A DNA stretch of 64,000 nt from Dehalococcoidia bacterium (lineage in GTDB: Bacteria > Chloroflexota > Dehalococcoidia > Lucifugimonadales > UBA3495): positions 1,116,095-1,180,094 of the forward strand of contig OZ244064.1 of assembly GCA_965215425.1 (NCBI GenBank). Direction: 5' to 3'. The notes beneath the pieces are model-generated. The model saw only the letters and a list, made by a program, of their open reading frames with translations. It was not told the DNA's origin and made no database searches. Both the position numbers and the translations under genes were made by a program. How positions within the stretch are numbered: the stretch's first letter is position 1; the number at the start of each line of letters is the position of its first letter. Shown piece by piece: positions 26,629 through 35,015 of the stretch.

Positions 26629-28262
26629 CGCCCAACCCTTGCCAGGCCGATGCCCTGCGTCGCCTGGCCGGTATGCCCTTCCTGGACCGGCTGGAACTGG
26701 CCGCCCTCTCCGGCTGGTCCCGGGGCGCCGTGTACCAGGCCGTTTCGTGGCTGGAGCGTGAGGGGATGGTGGCAGCCGTCCCCCACGCCTCTGCCCTGGT
26801 TCCCCCAACCCGCCGTTACGCGCTCACCGCCGCCGCAGTGGACCGGCTGGCCGAGCTGGAAGGGGTGTCCTTGGAGGAACTGCTGTTCACGCGCCCCGTC
26901 TCCCGCCAGTGGCGGCGGGGCCTGCTGGAACGGCTGGACGCCGTGGCCGTCGTCTACCGGCTGGCCTGCGCCGTCGCCCAGGTGTTTCACCCCCCGGTCT
27001 TCCGCTGGTATCGGGCCATGCCCCTGGACGCCGCCGTCGCCCTGCCCGATGGCCGGACGTTGGCGGTGGTTCGGCAGGGCAGCGCCGCCGACCGCACCGC
27101 CTTCGCCAAGCGCCTCTGGCGGCTGGGGCAGGGAGAGCAGACCAGCGCCGTGCTGATGCTGCTGCCCGACGAGGTACGCCTGCGCCAGGCCCGGCGGCTG
27201 GCAACGGCCCTGCCCGGGCCGGTGTTCCTGGCGCTGGAAGGTGACGCGGCATCCGCCGGGGCCGGGGCCGCCGTCTGGCGCACTCCCTCCGGTCCCGCGC
27301 CCCTGGATCTGCAAACGGCCCTGGCCCACACCGGGCCGCCCCGAACCTGGCCCCTGCGCAAGCCGCCGCAACGGGCCGCTCTGCCCGACGGCTTGGACCC
27401 GGACGCCGACTGCCTCCTGCCGTCGGTGCTCAAGCCGGTGGAGAAGCGGGCCGTGGACCTCCTATCCGACTGGCCCTGGCTGTCGCCCCGACACCTGGGC
27501 GCCCTGCTGGGCGTGAAGCGGTCGCGTCTGTCCCAGGTGACGACGCGATTGGCGGAATTGCGGCTGTTGATTGACGTGAACGTGAACGGGGAGCGCCGCC
27601 TAGCCCTTTCCGATAGGGGATTGGTCATGCTGGCCCGCCGCGACCGCACGTCGCCGGGCGACGCGAAGAGGAGATGGAGCGCCCTGCCCATCAACCCCGA
27701 GGCTCCCCTGGACTGGCGCAACGTCGCCGGAACCAGGACCCGACAGTTGCTCCGCAACGTCGAGCACACCGACGCCGTCCACGCCTTCGTCGCCGCCCTG
27801 TGCCGACAGGCCCGTTCCCGCTCCCGGGGGATCATCCAATTGGACCCGCCCCGACGGGCGTCCCGCTACTTCCGCCACTTGGGAAAGCTGCGCTCGGTCC
27901 ATCCCGACGCCTTCGGCTTGCTCCGGCGGGGCGAAAGCGTATGGCCCTTCTTCCTGGAGTGGGAGCGCCGCGCCGTGAGACCGGCCACCATGGCCGCCCG
28001 CATCGCCCCCTACCTGCGCTATTACGCCACCCACCGGCCTACCGACGACCACGGCGCTCAACCCCTGGTCCTGGTGGTCTTCGACGACCCCATCGCCCTG
28101 ACCCACTTCCTGGAAGTCGCAGTCCGCGAGATGGCACGCGCCCGGGTGCGGGCGCCTCTGCTAGCTTCGCATCGGGAGTTGGTGGAGCGTGTCGGGCCGT
28201 TGGGGAGGGCCTGGACCGCCCGCAGCGGCGATGTGCCGGACTACGCCTTCCAACCCCGCTGA
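26625..28262 (+). CDS. Replication-relaxation family protein, apparently a tandem duplication of the module
   Basis: Two wHTH-like segments (LELAALSGWSRGAVYQAVSWLEREGMV and LSPRHLGALLGVKRSRLSQVTTRLAELRL), each followed by a similar core. ATGA overlap with the coupling-protein stop. Confidence 0.65.
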   Translation: MTPNPCQADALRRLAGMPFLDRLELAALSGWSRGAVYQAVSWLEREGMVAAVPHASALVPPTRRYALTAAAVDRLAELEGVSLEELLFTRPVSRQWRRGLLERLDAVAVVYRLACAVAQVFHPPVFRWYRAMPLDAAVALPDGRTLAVVRQGSAADRTAFAKRLWRLGQGEQTSAVLMLLPDEVRLRQARRLATALPGPVFLALEGDAASAGAGAAVWRTPSGPAPLDLQTALAHTGPPRTWPLRKPPQRAALPDGLDPDADCLLPSVLKPVEKRAVDLLSDWPWLSPRHLGALLGVKRSRLSQVTTRLAELRLLIDVNVNGERRLALSDRGLVMLARRDRTSPGDAKRRWSALPINPEAPLDWRNVAGTRTRQLLRNVEHTDAVHAFVAALCRQARSRSRGIIQLDPPRRASRYFRHLGKLRSVHPDAFGLLRRGESVWPFFLEWERRAVRPATMAARIAPYLRYYATHRPTDDHGAQPLVLVVFDDPIALTHFLEVAVREMARARVRAPLLASHRELVERVGPLGRAWTARSGDVPDYAFQPR

Positions 28263-28291
28263 CTTGACCACCAACAAAGGAGAACATACTT

Positions 28292-29041
28292 ATGAGACTG
28301 TACTACTGTGTGGAGGCCGAGGGCCGCCGTCATCACGTCCGCACCGCTCTCGGTGTGGACGCCCGGGCCTGGAACCGGCTGCACCGCCGCGTCCGCGAAT
28401 GGCGCCGCCGGTTGGAACAGCGCTACGGCATTTCGGCCGACGGCGAGCTGCGCACCAGCGACCTGCTGACCACCGCTATCACTACCGGGCATTCCTGCGC
28501 TTGCGCCTGCCACGGGCAACCGTCGCCGTCGCACGGGACGGAGGTGGTGGCACAAGGTCTGCGAATCGTCGAGGACTTTGCCGTGGAGACCGGCGGCGTC
28601 CAAGCGGTCAACGTCTGCCTGGACAAGGACGACGTGCCCGCTTACCGGCAGGTGGCCCTGGACCGCCTCTACAACCGCGTCAACGCCACCGCTGCCCTGG
28701 AGAGAGGATACGCCTTCCTCATCTTTGGGCGGGAACCCGACGATATGGCCGTCCGCACCTACGAGCGGCTGCGCAACCACAACCCGGTGCCCGTGCGCGT
28801 CGGCGCCTGCGGCGACGGCCGGCATACCCGCAACCTTCCCATCGACCGGATAATCGGAGGGCCGGCCTTCCGCAGTCCCGACGCCGACTGCCTGCTCCAG
28901 GTTGCCGGTATGGTCGCCCGAGCCCTGCTGTGGCGGGAGGAACCCGCTGACGGTGCGGACTCCGGTGCTTTCGCCATCCTGGACCGGGCCCTGAACCGGA
29001 GGGCGTCCAGGAGCGATTCCCAGGGAGTGGTCAGGAGGTGA
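28292..29041 (+). CDS. DUF3800-like protein (weak assignment)
   Basis: GELRTSDLL and DCLLQVAGMVARAL resemble DUF3800 motifs; the N-terminal DESG-like motif is degenerate. AAGGAG RBS. Confidence 0.4.
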   Translation: MRLYYCVEAEGRRHHVRTALGVDARAWNRLHRRVREWRRRLEQRYGISADGELRTSDLLTTAITTGHSCACACHGQPSPSHGTEVVAQGLRIVEDFAVETGGVQAVNVCLDKDDVPAYRQVALDRLYNRVNATAALERGYAFLIFGREPDDMAVRTYERLRNHNPVPVRVGACGDGRHTRNLPIDRIIGGPAFRSPDADCLLQVAGMVARALLWREEPADGADSGAFAILDRALNRRASRSDSQGVVRR

Positions 29042-29311
29042 ACACGAAGCGTGGGCCAGACGGTGCGGCGAACCGCCCGGCTACGCTTGCCTGCCCATTG
29101 AACCCCGGCGTCCCGGTTGACGGGGATTGCGGGCGATGATAGCCGTCCAACCACCACCCCCATCGCATGGCCGGTAGGGTCGAGACCGCCCGCAAAGACG
29201 GTCTCTGTATTTGTCCGGGAGAGTCGGCAGCGATGGTGACGGCCCCCTGGTGCAACCGGGCCGACGGTGGTGATAACATTCGAGTATCCCACTTGGCAGG
29301 GGGTCAACGCC

Positions 29312-29598
29312 ATGAACGCCTCTCACGCAACGTTAGCTGACTTTTCCGACCTGGTGCGCATGGAGCTCGCCGGCTACCTGTCCGACGCTTTCGTCATCGC
29401 CGACGTGACCTCGGAACTGCTGCCGGGCCCCGACGGCGACGACTACATCAGGACCACCGTAATCTTCGAGGACGGCCATCCCGAACTGGACGCGCACGCG
29501 CTGAACAAGTTTTCCACCAACATTGACCCGCTGTGCCGGCGCGGGGCTTCGACCGGCCTACCATCGCCTACGCCAACCAAAGCGAGCTGCCGGCATGA
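29312..29598 (+). pseudogene. Small acidic protein gene, apparently frameshifted near 29525
   Basis: The frame from MNASHATLADFSD degrades into Ser/Pro/Arg-rich text after NIDP. A different frame reads PAVPARGFDRPTIAYANQSELPA-stop and ends in an ATGA overlap with the next gene. Confidence 0.4.
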
Positions 29599-30188
29599 CC
29601 ACCGGCACTCCCCAGCCGCCCTTTCCGTCCCCGACTCCCATCAGTTGGACCGAACTCATAACCGCAGGGCGGGCAAGACTGGCTCCCCGGTCTCTGGCCA
29701 ACCAACCCGCTCCGGCAGCGATACGACGAGCCATCAGCGACGCCTACTACGCCGCGTTCCATGCCCTCACCGCCAGCAACGCCGACGCGCTGATCGGCGC
29801 GGCCCATGCCCAACTGACTTCCGACGACTTGGTACGGACCTGCCGGGGCTTGGACCACAACCAAGCCCGCGCTCAACTGCAACAGAACCGGGCCGGCTTT
29901 TCCGCCAGCGTTCAAGTCTTCGCCGACCTCTTCCGAGACCTCCAGAACGAACGCCACAACGCGGACTACAATCCCCGGGCGATTTTCACCGCTCAGACAG
30001 CGGCCACCTGGTTGAACAAAGCTGAGGCCGCCATCACCCGATTTCCTTCAAGCCAGCCGGAACGACCGTACCGCCGTCGCCGTCCTCACCCTGGTCAGGA
30101 CGCGGTGAGCGCCCGGAGCCTGACTCGTTGCAGTAACCTCCATTTTGCAGCAGGGTCTTTCGGTTCTCGAAATGAGGGAATAAAATGA
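29595..30188 (+). CDS. HEPN-like four-helix protein, possibly frameshifted at its 3' end (alternative stop at 30108)
   Basis: AISDAYYAAFHAL...LQNERHNADYNP is HEPN-like. After AAITRF another frame reads FLQASRNDRTAVAVLTLVRTR-stop. Confidence 0.45.
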   Translation: MTTGTPQPPFPSPTPISWTELITAGRARLAPRSLANQPAPAAIRRAISDAYYAAFHALTASNADALIGAAHAQLTSDDLVRTCRGLDHNQARAQLQQNRAGFSASVQVFADLFRDLQNERHNADYNPRAIFTAQTAATWLNKAEAAITRFPSSQPERPYRRRRPHPGQDAVSARSLTRCSNLHFAAGSFGSRNEGIK

Positions 30189-30210
30189 GGGAATGGAGGA
30201 GAAAGTCAAG

Positions 30211-30339
30211 CAGCTAGGACCTGGGGTAGTGTATCAATTTTAATTCTTTAGCCCTACAATTTCTGGAATTTGTAGCTGGAATCTATGTTATTTCAGCTAC
30301 AAAATTTCAAACTAATACACTACCGGACCTAGGCTGCTG
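30211..30339. repeat. AT-rich imperfect palindrome of about 130 bp with nested hairpins
   Basis: ggtagtgtat (30225-30234) pairs with atacactacc (30315-30324). An inner stem pairs aatttgtagctg with cagctacaaaatt. The outer arms are cagctagg / cctaggctgctg. Confidence 0.7.
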
Positions 30340-30361
30340 GAAGCATTCCAGAGGGTGCTAG

Positions 30362-31690
30362 ACCCTCGCAGTCCTTTGGGCTGGCGTCACGCGCCTGTGC
30401 GTCAACCAGAACGGCGAAAGGCAGCGCGGATTTGAAGCCAACACGCTTACCGTCATCGCCCAGGAGAGCTACGAGGATTTTGCGGAGAATCTACAACGCG
30501 AGATTGAGGAAGAGACCGGGATCCGCTTCGGCGTAGTTGAAGAGCACCAGTTTGCCCACATTGAAAGCAGCGACGGAGGCGAAAGCGGACGCCTGGGAGT
30601 GGAAAAGTCCAATGAATTATGGCGATACCTCGTAACAAAAGGCTATATCGACAAAGAAAGCAAAGTAACGGACTTATTGAGAAACGCGTTGAATGACGGT
30701 AGTTTGGCCCTGCCGGACGACCTTGAGCCGTTGCGGGATGCGATAACCGAAGTGCTGCGCAAAGCAGCCGGCCGTATCGAAATCAAGAAGGCTGAAGAAC
30801 GGCGCAGGGTTCAGCCTCGTGAGGCAGTGCTGAACGGTGAGGACTTCAAAGCCCTGTGGGAGCGTATCAAGCACAAGACCACCTACCGCGTCAAATTTGA
30901 CAGCGAGGATTTGCTCAAGGAGTGCGCGGAAGCCCTCAACAACGCGCCGGCGATACCCCGGCCCAGGATACAATGGGACAGGGCCGGGGTACCGATTGGG
31001 CAAGGCGGCGTGCAACCCTACCTACTTGAATTTGGCGCGTCGGTAAGTCTGCGCAACGATGCGATTGAATTGCCCGACCTGCTTACCGAGTTGCAGAACC
31101 GCACTCAGTTGACGCGGCGCAGCATCGGGAGAATCCTGTGCGATAGCGGAAGGCTGGACGATTTCGGCGTTAACCCGCAGAAGTTCATCGAAACGGCGGC
31201 GGAAGCCATAAACCGCCGTAAGCAGGTCGCGTTGGTGGACGGTATCAAGTACCACCGCTCGGGCAGCGAGTCGTTTTACGCGCAGGAGCTGTTTGTAAGA
31301 GAGGAGCTGACAGGCTATCTCAACAAGATGCGGGCGTCCAAAAAGTCGGTGTACGACTATGTGGTATGGGATTCGCACAACGAGGCGAAATTTGCCGAGC
31401 AGTTGGAGTTGAACACCGCCGTAAAAGTGTACGCCAAGCTGCCGCGGTGGTTCCAAGTGCCTACCCCATTAGGCGCGTACAATCCGGATTGGGCCGTTCT
31501 GATAGAAAACGAAGGCCATGAAAGGCTCTATTTTGTAGCCGAAACCAAGGGTACGTCGTTCCTTGATGACCTTCGCAACTCCGAGCGCGCCAAAGTGGAA
31601 TGCGGTAAGGCGCATTTTGCTGCGCTGGAAGTTGGAGAAACACCAGCTAGGTACCGCGTAGTGCACCAGTTGGAAGAACTGTTTTTCTGA
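30362..31690 (+). pseudogene. 5'-truncated type III restriction endonuclease Res subunit (C-terminal nuclease part only)
   Basis: The in-frame sequence opens directly after a stop at 30359-30361 with no helicase domain. PD-(D/E)XK-like motif YNPDWAVLIE...FVAETKG. GC is visibly lower. No mod gene is present. Confidence 0.7.
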
Positions 31691-31780
31691 TGCTTGAGAC
31701 AGCAATCTCGGCGAGCGAGGTTGCTGCCCCAAGATGGTAGACCGGTGCCAGGTCGCTTGCGTACCGAAGACTTGCGTCAA

Positions 31781-32065
31781 CTACTCCGGCGATTCACTGT
31801 CGCCCTCCGGTTCCTCCAACTCCGGCAGCAGTAGGTGCAGCAGCCCCATACCAGCGGCCAGGTTGAAAAGGGCGACCAGGTGGCCGGAGCCCGGGGCGGC
31901 CCCGGCCTTCCAGCGGAACACCGTGCGGGCGTTGACCTTGAGCAATCGCGCCAGGCCCCGCCAAGATAATCCGGCGGTCTGCCGGAAGGCGTCCAACCGC
32001 TGGGGGAAGTCCGGCGGGAAGTGCTCAGACTCAATGTGATAGACCCACTGCTGGCGGCGGCCCAC
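31781..32065 (-). CDS. Small HTH protein, paralog 4 of a tandem array
   Basis: GTG start 4 nt after the upstream stop, with a GGGAG RBS. PPDFPQRLDAFRQTAGLSWRGLARLLKVNARTVFRW aligns with the three upstream paralogs. Confidence 0.55.
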   Translation of the reverse strand: MGRRQQWVYHIESEHFPPDFPQRLDAFRQTAGLSWRGLARLLKVNARTVFRWKAGAAPGSGHLVALFNLAAGMGLLHLLLPELEEPEGDSESPE

Positions 32066-32069
32066 CGGA

Positions 32070-32363
32070 CTACTCCCGCACCGGCCAGGGCAGGGCAGCG
32101 TCCCGCAGCAGTACGGCGATTCCGCCGGGTACGGCGCAGGCGAAGTGGACGATAGCCCGCAGTTCCGCCTCGCTGGGAGGCCGCCCAATGCGCCACAGCC
32201 TTGCCTGGCGCGCCGGCAGACCGGCGGCCAAGGCCATCTCCTCCAGGGAAGTACCCGACCGGTCTTCCAGCCGCTCCAGCCGCACCGGAAGGTCGTGGGG
32301 CAGGGACGGCGCGGGGAACCGGAGGCGCCGGTCCCGGGCCTCGCCGGTGATGCCCTTACTCAC
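32070..32363 (-). CDS. Small HTH protein, paralog 3
   Basis: LPHDLPVRLERLEDRSGTSLEEMALAAGLPARQARLWR. 8-nt overlap with the upstream gene. Confidence 0.55.
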   Translation of the reverse strand: MSKGITGEARDRRLRFPAPSLPHDLPVRLERLEDRSGTSLEEMALAAGLPARQARLWRIGRPPSEAELRAIVHFACAVPGGIAVLLRDAALPWPVRE

Positions 32364-32673
32364 CGTAGTCGCCCCCGGTATCGCCGTCCCCGACCCATAG
32401 GGTCAAGGCCCCGGCGTCGTCCTGGCACAGCGCCTCGATGCCGCCGGGGATAATGTGGGCCAGCTCGGTGAGGGCCAGGATGTTGGCCCCGGAGGGCCGG
32501 CGCTCGCCCCGCCGCCACAGCAGCATGGCCCGTTCGCTCACGCCCAGCAGCGGGGCAAATTCCTTCCACTTCAGTCCGGTCAGGGCCTTGAGCCGTTCCA
32601 GCCGCCGCCCGAAGTCCTCGGGCCAGGGCGTGGGCCGGAAGTCAGCCAAAGGGTTCGCATCAACCAATGTCAT
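32356..32673 (-). CDS. Small HTH protein, paralog 2
   Basis: WPEDFGRRLERLKALTGLKWKEFAPLLGVSERAMLLWRR. AAGGAGG RBS before the ATG at 32673. Confidence 0.6.
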   Translation of the reverse strand: MTLVDANPLADFRPTPWPEDFGRRLERLKALTGLKWKEFAPLLGVSERAMLLWRRGERRPSGANILALTELAHIIPGGIEALCQDDAGALTLWVGDGDTGGDYGE

Positions 32674-32677
32674 GCAG

Positions 32678-32974
32678 TTACCTCCTTGCCAGTTGAATTG
32701 CAGTGTAGTCGCCGTAGAGGAGCAGTTCCCGACCGCCGGGCACCCGGTCGGCCAGCCTGGCCAGGGACAGCATGGCGCCGCCATTGGGTTCGCCGTCCCG
32801 CTTGCGCCAGCGCAACAGTTGCCGGGGGTCCACCCCCAGGGCGTCGGCCATCCCCTCCCAGGTGAGGCCGGTCAGTTCCTTGAGGACTGCCAGCCGCCGG
32901 GGGAAGTCCTCGGGCATCAGGGCAACGCCCGGCGGAACCAGGCGGCAGCCGGAGAGGTCGCGGTCCCTATTCAT
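32678..32974 (-). CDS. Small HTH protein, paralog 1
   Basis: MPEDFPRRLAVLKELTGLTWEGMADALGVDPRQLLRWRK. 8-nt overlap with the upstream Xre-like gene. Confidence 0.6.
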   Translation of the reverse strand: MNRDRDLSGCRLVPPGVALMPEDFPRRLAVLKELTGLTWEGMADALGVDPRQLLRWRKRDGEPNGGAMLSLARLADRVPGGRELLLYGDYTAIQLARR

Positions 32975-33209
32975 TCGTTTCCTCCAGGATGAACAGGTCC
33001 TCGAAGCGGCTGACCTGGAGGGCCTCCATCAGACGGCGGCGGGTCTCGCCGGAGGCGCAGCGCCGTCCGGTGAACAGGTCGGAGACGAAGTTGGAGGACC
33101 GGCCAATGCGCCGGGCCAGTTCCCGCTGGCTGATGTTGAGCACGTTGAGCCGTGCCCGGGCCTTTTCAGGGTCCAGCCGGGTCCGGAAGGAAGGTTTCCT
33201 GCGCTTCAC
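32967..33209 (-). CDS. Xre-family HTH protein
   Basis: LNISQRELARRIGRSSNFVSDLFTGRR. GTG start with a GAAGGAGG RBS. Confidence 0.65.
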   Translation of the reverse strand: MKRRKPSFRTRLDPEKARARLNVLNISQRELARRIGRSSNFVSDLFTGRRCASGETRRRLMEALQVSRFEDLFILEETNE

Positions 33210-33388
33210 GCCGCGTCCTCCTTCCCTGCCGGAGGCCGGTTGCCGTCAACCGCAACATCTGTGTCGGCGGCAGCCGGATAAGCCTCGGGATGTTCCAGGT
33301 AGTGGCGGGCGATGATGCGGGCCAGGATGCGCAGACCTTCCATGCGGCGGGTCTCCCGGCTCCTGGTGAGGTTTCGCTTTCTGCTCAA
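33206..33388 (-). CDS. Small basic hypothetical protein, first gene of the minus-strand small-gene operon
   Basis: 60 aa, TTG start with a GAGAGAAGGA RBS-like sequence; 4-nt overlap with the next gene. Confidence 0.35.
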   Translation of the reverse strand: MSRKRNLTRSRETRRMEGLRILARIIARHYLEHPEAYPAAADTDVAVDGNRPPAGKEDAA

Positions 33389-33633
33389 GAGGTCCTTCTC
33401 TCGCTTTGGGAACCGGCCTGACTTCCGGGGGTAGCCTGGAGGGGGCCGGTGGGGTATACTTGGGCTGGTGTTTAGAAAATTAGTGCTGTATAACGTAGTG
33501 TATCAACCGTGAATCGGCAGAGGCAATGCTTGAAAGGCATTAGCACGCTCATTTTGACAAAGTGTTCACTATTATGTGACAATCAACCCGCAGAAAGACA
33601 ACGCCTGTTCGGGCGGCAACACCGAGGGACGGG

Positions 33634-34083
33634 GTGGCGAGCATGGACGAACACGAGGACAAATTGGAACTGGAACCAGACGAACCGCGGGAAGAATCCG
33701 AAGGCTACGAGGACATCGGCGCCCTGCTGAAACGGCTGCGGGGCCAGGTGAGCCTGCGGGAGGTGAACCGGCGCACCGGCGTTTCCATCTCCTACCTGTC
33801 CCAGATCGAAAGAGGGGAGAAGCAACCCGGGGCCAACGTGGTCCGCAAGCTGGCCGACCTGTACCGGGTGGACCCCCAGCAGTTGCTCCGGCGGGCCGGG
33901 CACGGATCGCAGCCTGACCCTTACGGCGACGAGGCCATGGACGTGGAGCGGGCCTACCAGTTCGTCTTATCCGACCCGGCCTTCCGGGTAGGCACCCGGC
34001 CCGACGGCCCTATGACCATCAACGCCAAGCGGTTCATCGTGGAAATGTACGAGAAATTCACCGGCAAGAGGCTGCTGGAATGA
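33634..34083 (+). CDS. Xre/ImmR-like HTH repressor with an acidic N-terminus
   Basis: VSLREVNRRTGVSISYLSQIERGEKQP. The start may be the ATG at 33643. Confidence 0.8.
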   Translation: MASMDEHEDKLELEPDEPREESEGYEDIGALLKRLRGQVSLREVNRRTGVSISYLSQIERGEKQPGANVVRKLADLYRVDPQQLLRRAGHGSQPDPYGDEAMDVERAYQFVLSDPAFRVGTRPDGPMTINAKRFIVEMYEKFTGKRLLE

Positions 34084-34997
34084 TGACAAATACCCTGGGC
34101 GGCTTCTGCCGCGACCTGCTGGACGAGGACTTGTCTGGCACTCATCCAAACCCCGAGGCAATGGCCGCACGGTTCGTGGACTACTTCCGTCTGCCGGTCC
34201 GTCCCACCCTGGACCAATTGACCGGTCTGATGGAGCGGGCCGGGTTCGGCCGGGTGAAGGACGGGGAGATGGAGGGGTTGAAGGGCGCCCACATCGGCGA
34301 ACCCAGGGGCGAGTACGAAATCTATCACCGGAACGACCTGTGGGAAGGGACCAAGGCCCACACGGTGCTGCACGAAGCCTACGAGATCATCCACGAGACC
34401 ATGTGCGACCTCCATTCCGGCGGCCCGCCAGAGCGGACGGTTTGCCGGGAGGCCGACCGCTTCGCGGTGGCGGTGCTGATGCAGCCGGAAATCTTCTCCG
34501 CGCTGGCCCAAGCGTCGGGCCTGGACGTGTCCGTCCTGCAAGGGGAGTACCGTTGCTCCTACGCCTCGGTGACCATCCGGCTGGCCGAAGTTCTGCGAGA
34601 CCTGCCCTTGATGGCCGTCCTGTACGAGCGGGAGGAGAGGAGCGACCCGGACTCCTGGGATGACAAGCCCGAATTGCGGGCCAAGGTGGTGAAGAGAACG
34701 CGGGGCTTCCGACTAACCCGCACTCGTCCGCTTTGTGGCGACCGGGGTGGTATTCCCAGGTGGGATCGGCCCCTGCCTCCCGGCTCCCTTGCCGAGTTGG
34801 CCGCGTTGACCGGCATGGCGGAGTACGATGAGAAGGGAGGTCTGGCGACTATCGCCCGGCCTGTATTCTGGCAAGGCAAGCTGGCCAAGGTTATCGTAGT
34901 CGCCGTGCCTATCCACCACCGGAAGGTCCTCTCGCCCCAGGTGGTCACCGCACCCTACTATCATCCAAACAGCAGAGCCGCACTGGCCGCTCCGTAG
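34080..34997 (+). CDS. ImmA/IrrE-like metallopeptidase-domain protein with a long C-terminal extension
   Basis: ATGA coupling to the Xre gene. The HEAYEIIHE segment sits at the usual ImmA HExxH position but deviates from the consensus. Confidence 0.6.
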   Translation: MMTNTLGGFCRDLLDEDLSGTHPNPEAMAARFVDYFRLPVRPTLDQLTGLMERAGFGRVKDGEMEGLKGAHIGEPRGEYEIYHRNDLWEGTKAHTVLHEAYEIIHETMCDLHSGGPPERTVCREADRFAVAVLMQPEIFSALAQASGLDVSVLQGEYRCSYASVTIRLAEVLRDLPLMAVLYEREERSDPDSWDDKPELRAKVVKRTRGFRLTRTRPLCGDRGGIPRWDRPLPPGSLAELAALTGMAEYDEKGGLATIARPVFWQGKLAKVIVVAVPIHHRKVLSPQVVTAPYYHPNSRAALAAP

Positions 34998-35015
34998 CAT
35001 CCGAAGGAGACCCGA

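Noticed and set aside
28189-28950. 253-aa alternative-frame ORF overlapping the DUF3800-like gene; also the minus-strand ORF at 28241-28825
   Set aside because: Their composition is Arg/Pro/Gly-rich with no RBS. The 28292 frame has an AAGGAG RBS and more protein-like sequence.
29042-29311. Possible small gene or regulatory RNA in the 270-bp gap after the DUF3800-like gene
   Set aside because: I found no convincing ORF, RBS, promoter hexamers or strong hairpin by eye. Evidence is insufficient to call anything.
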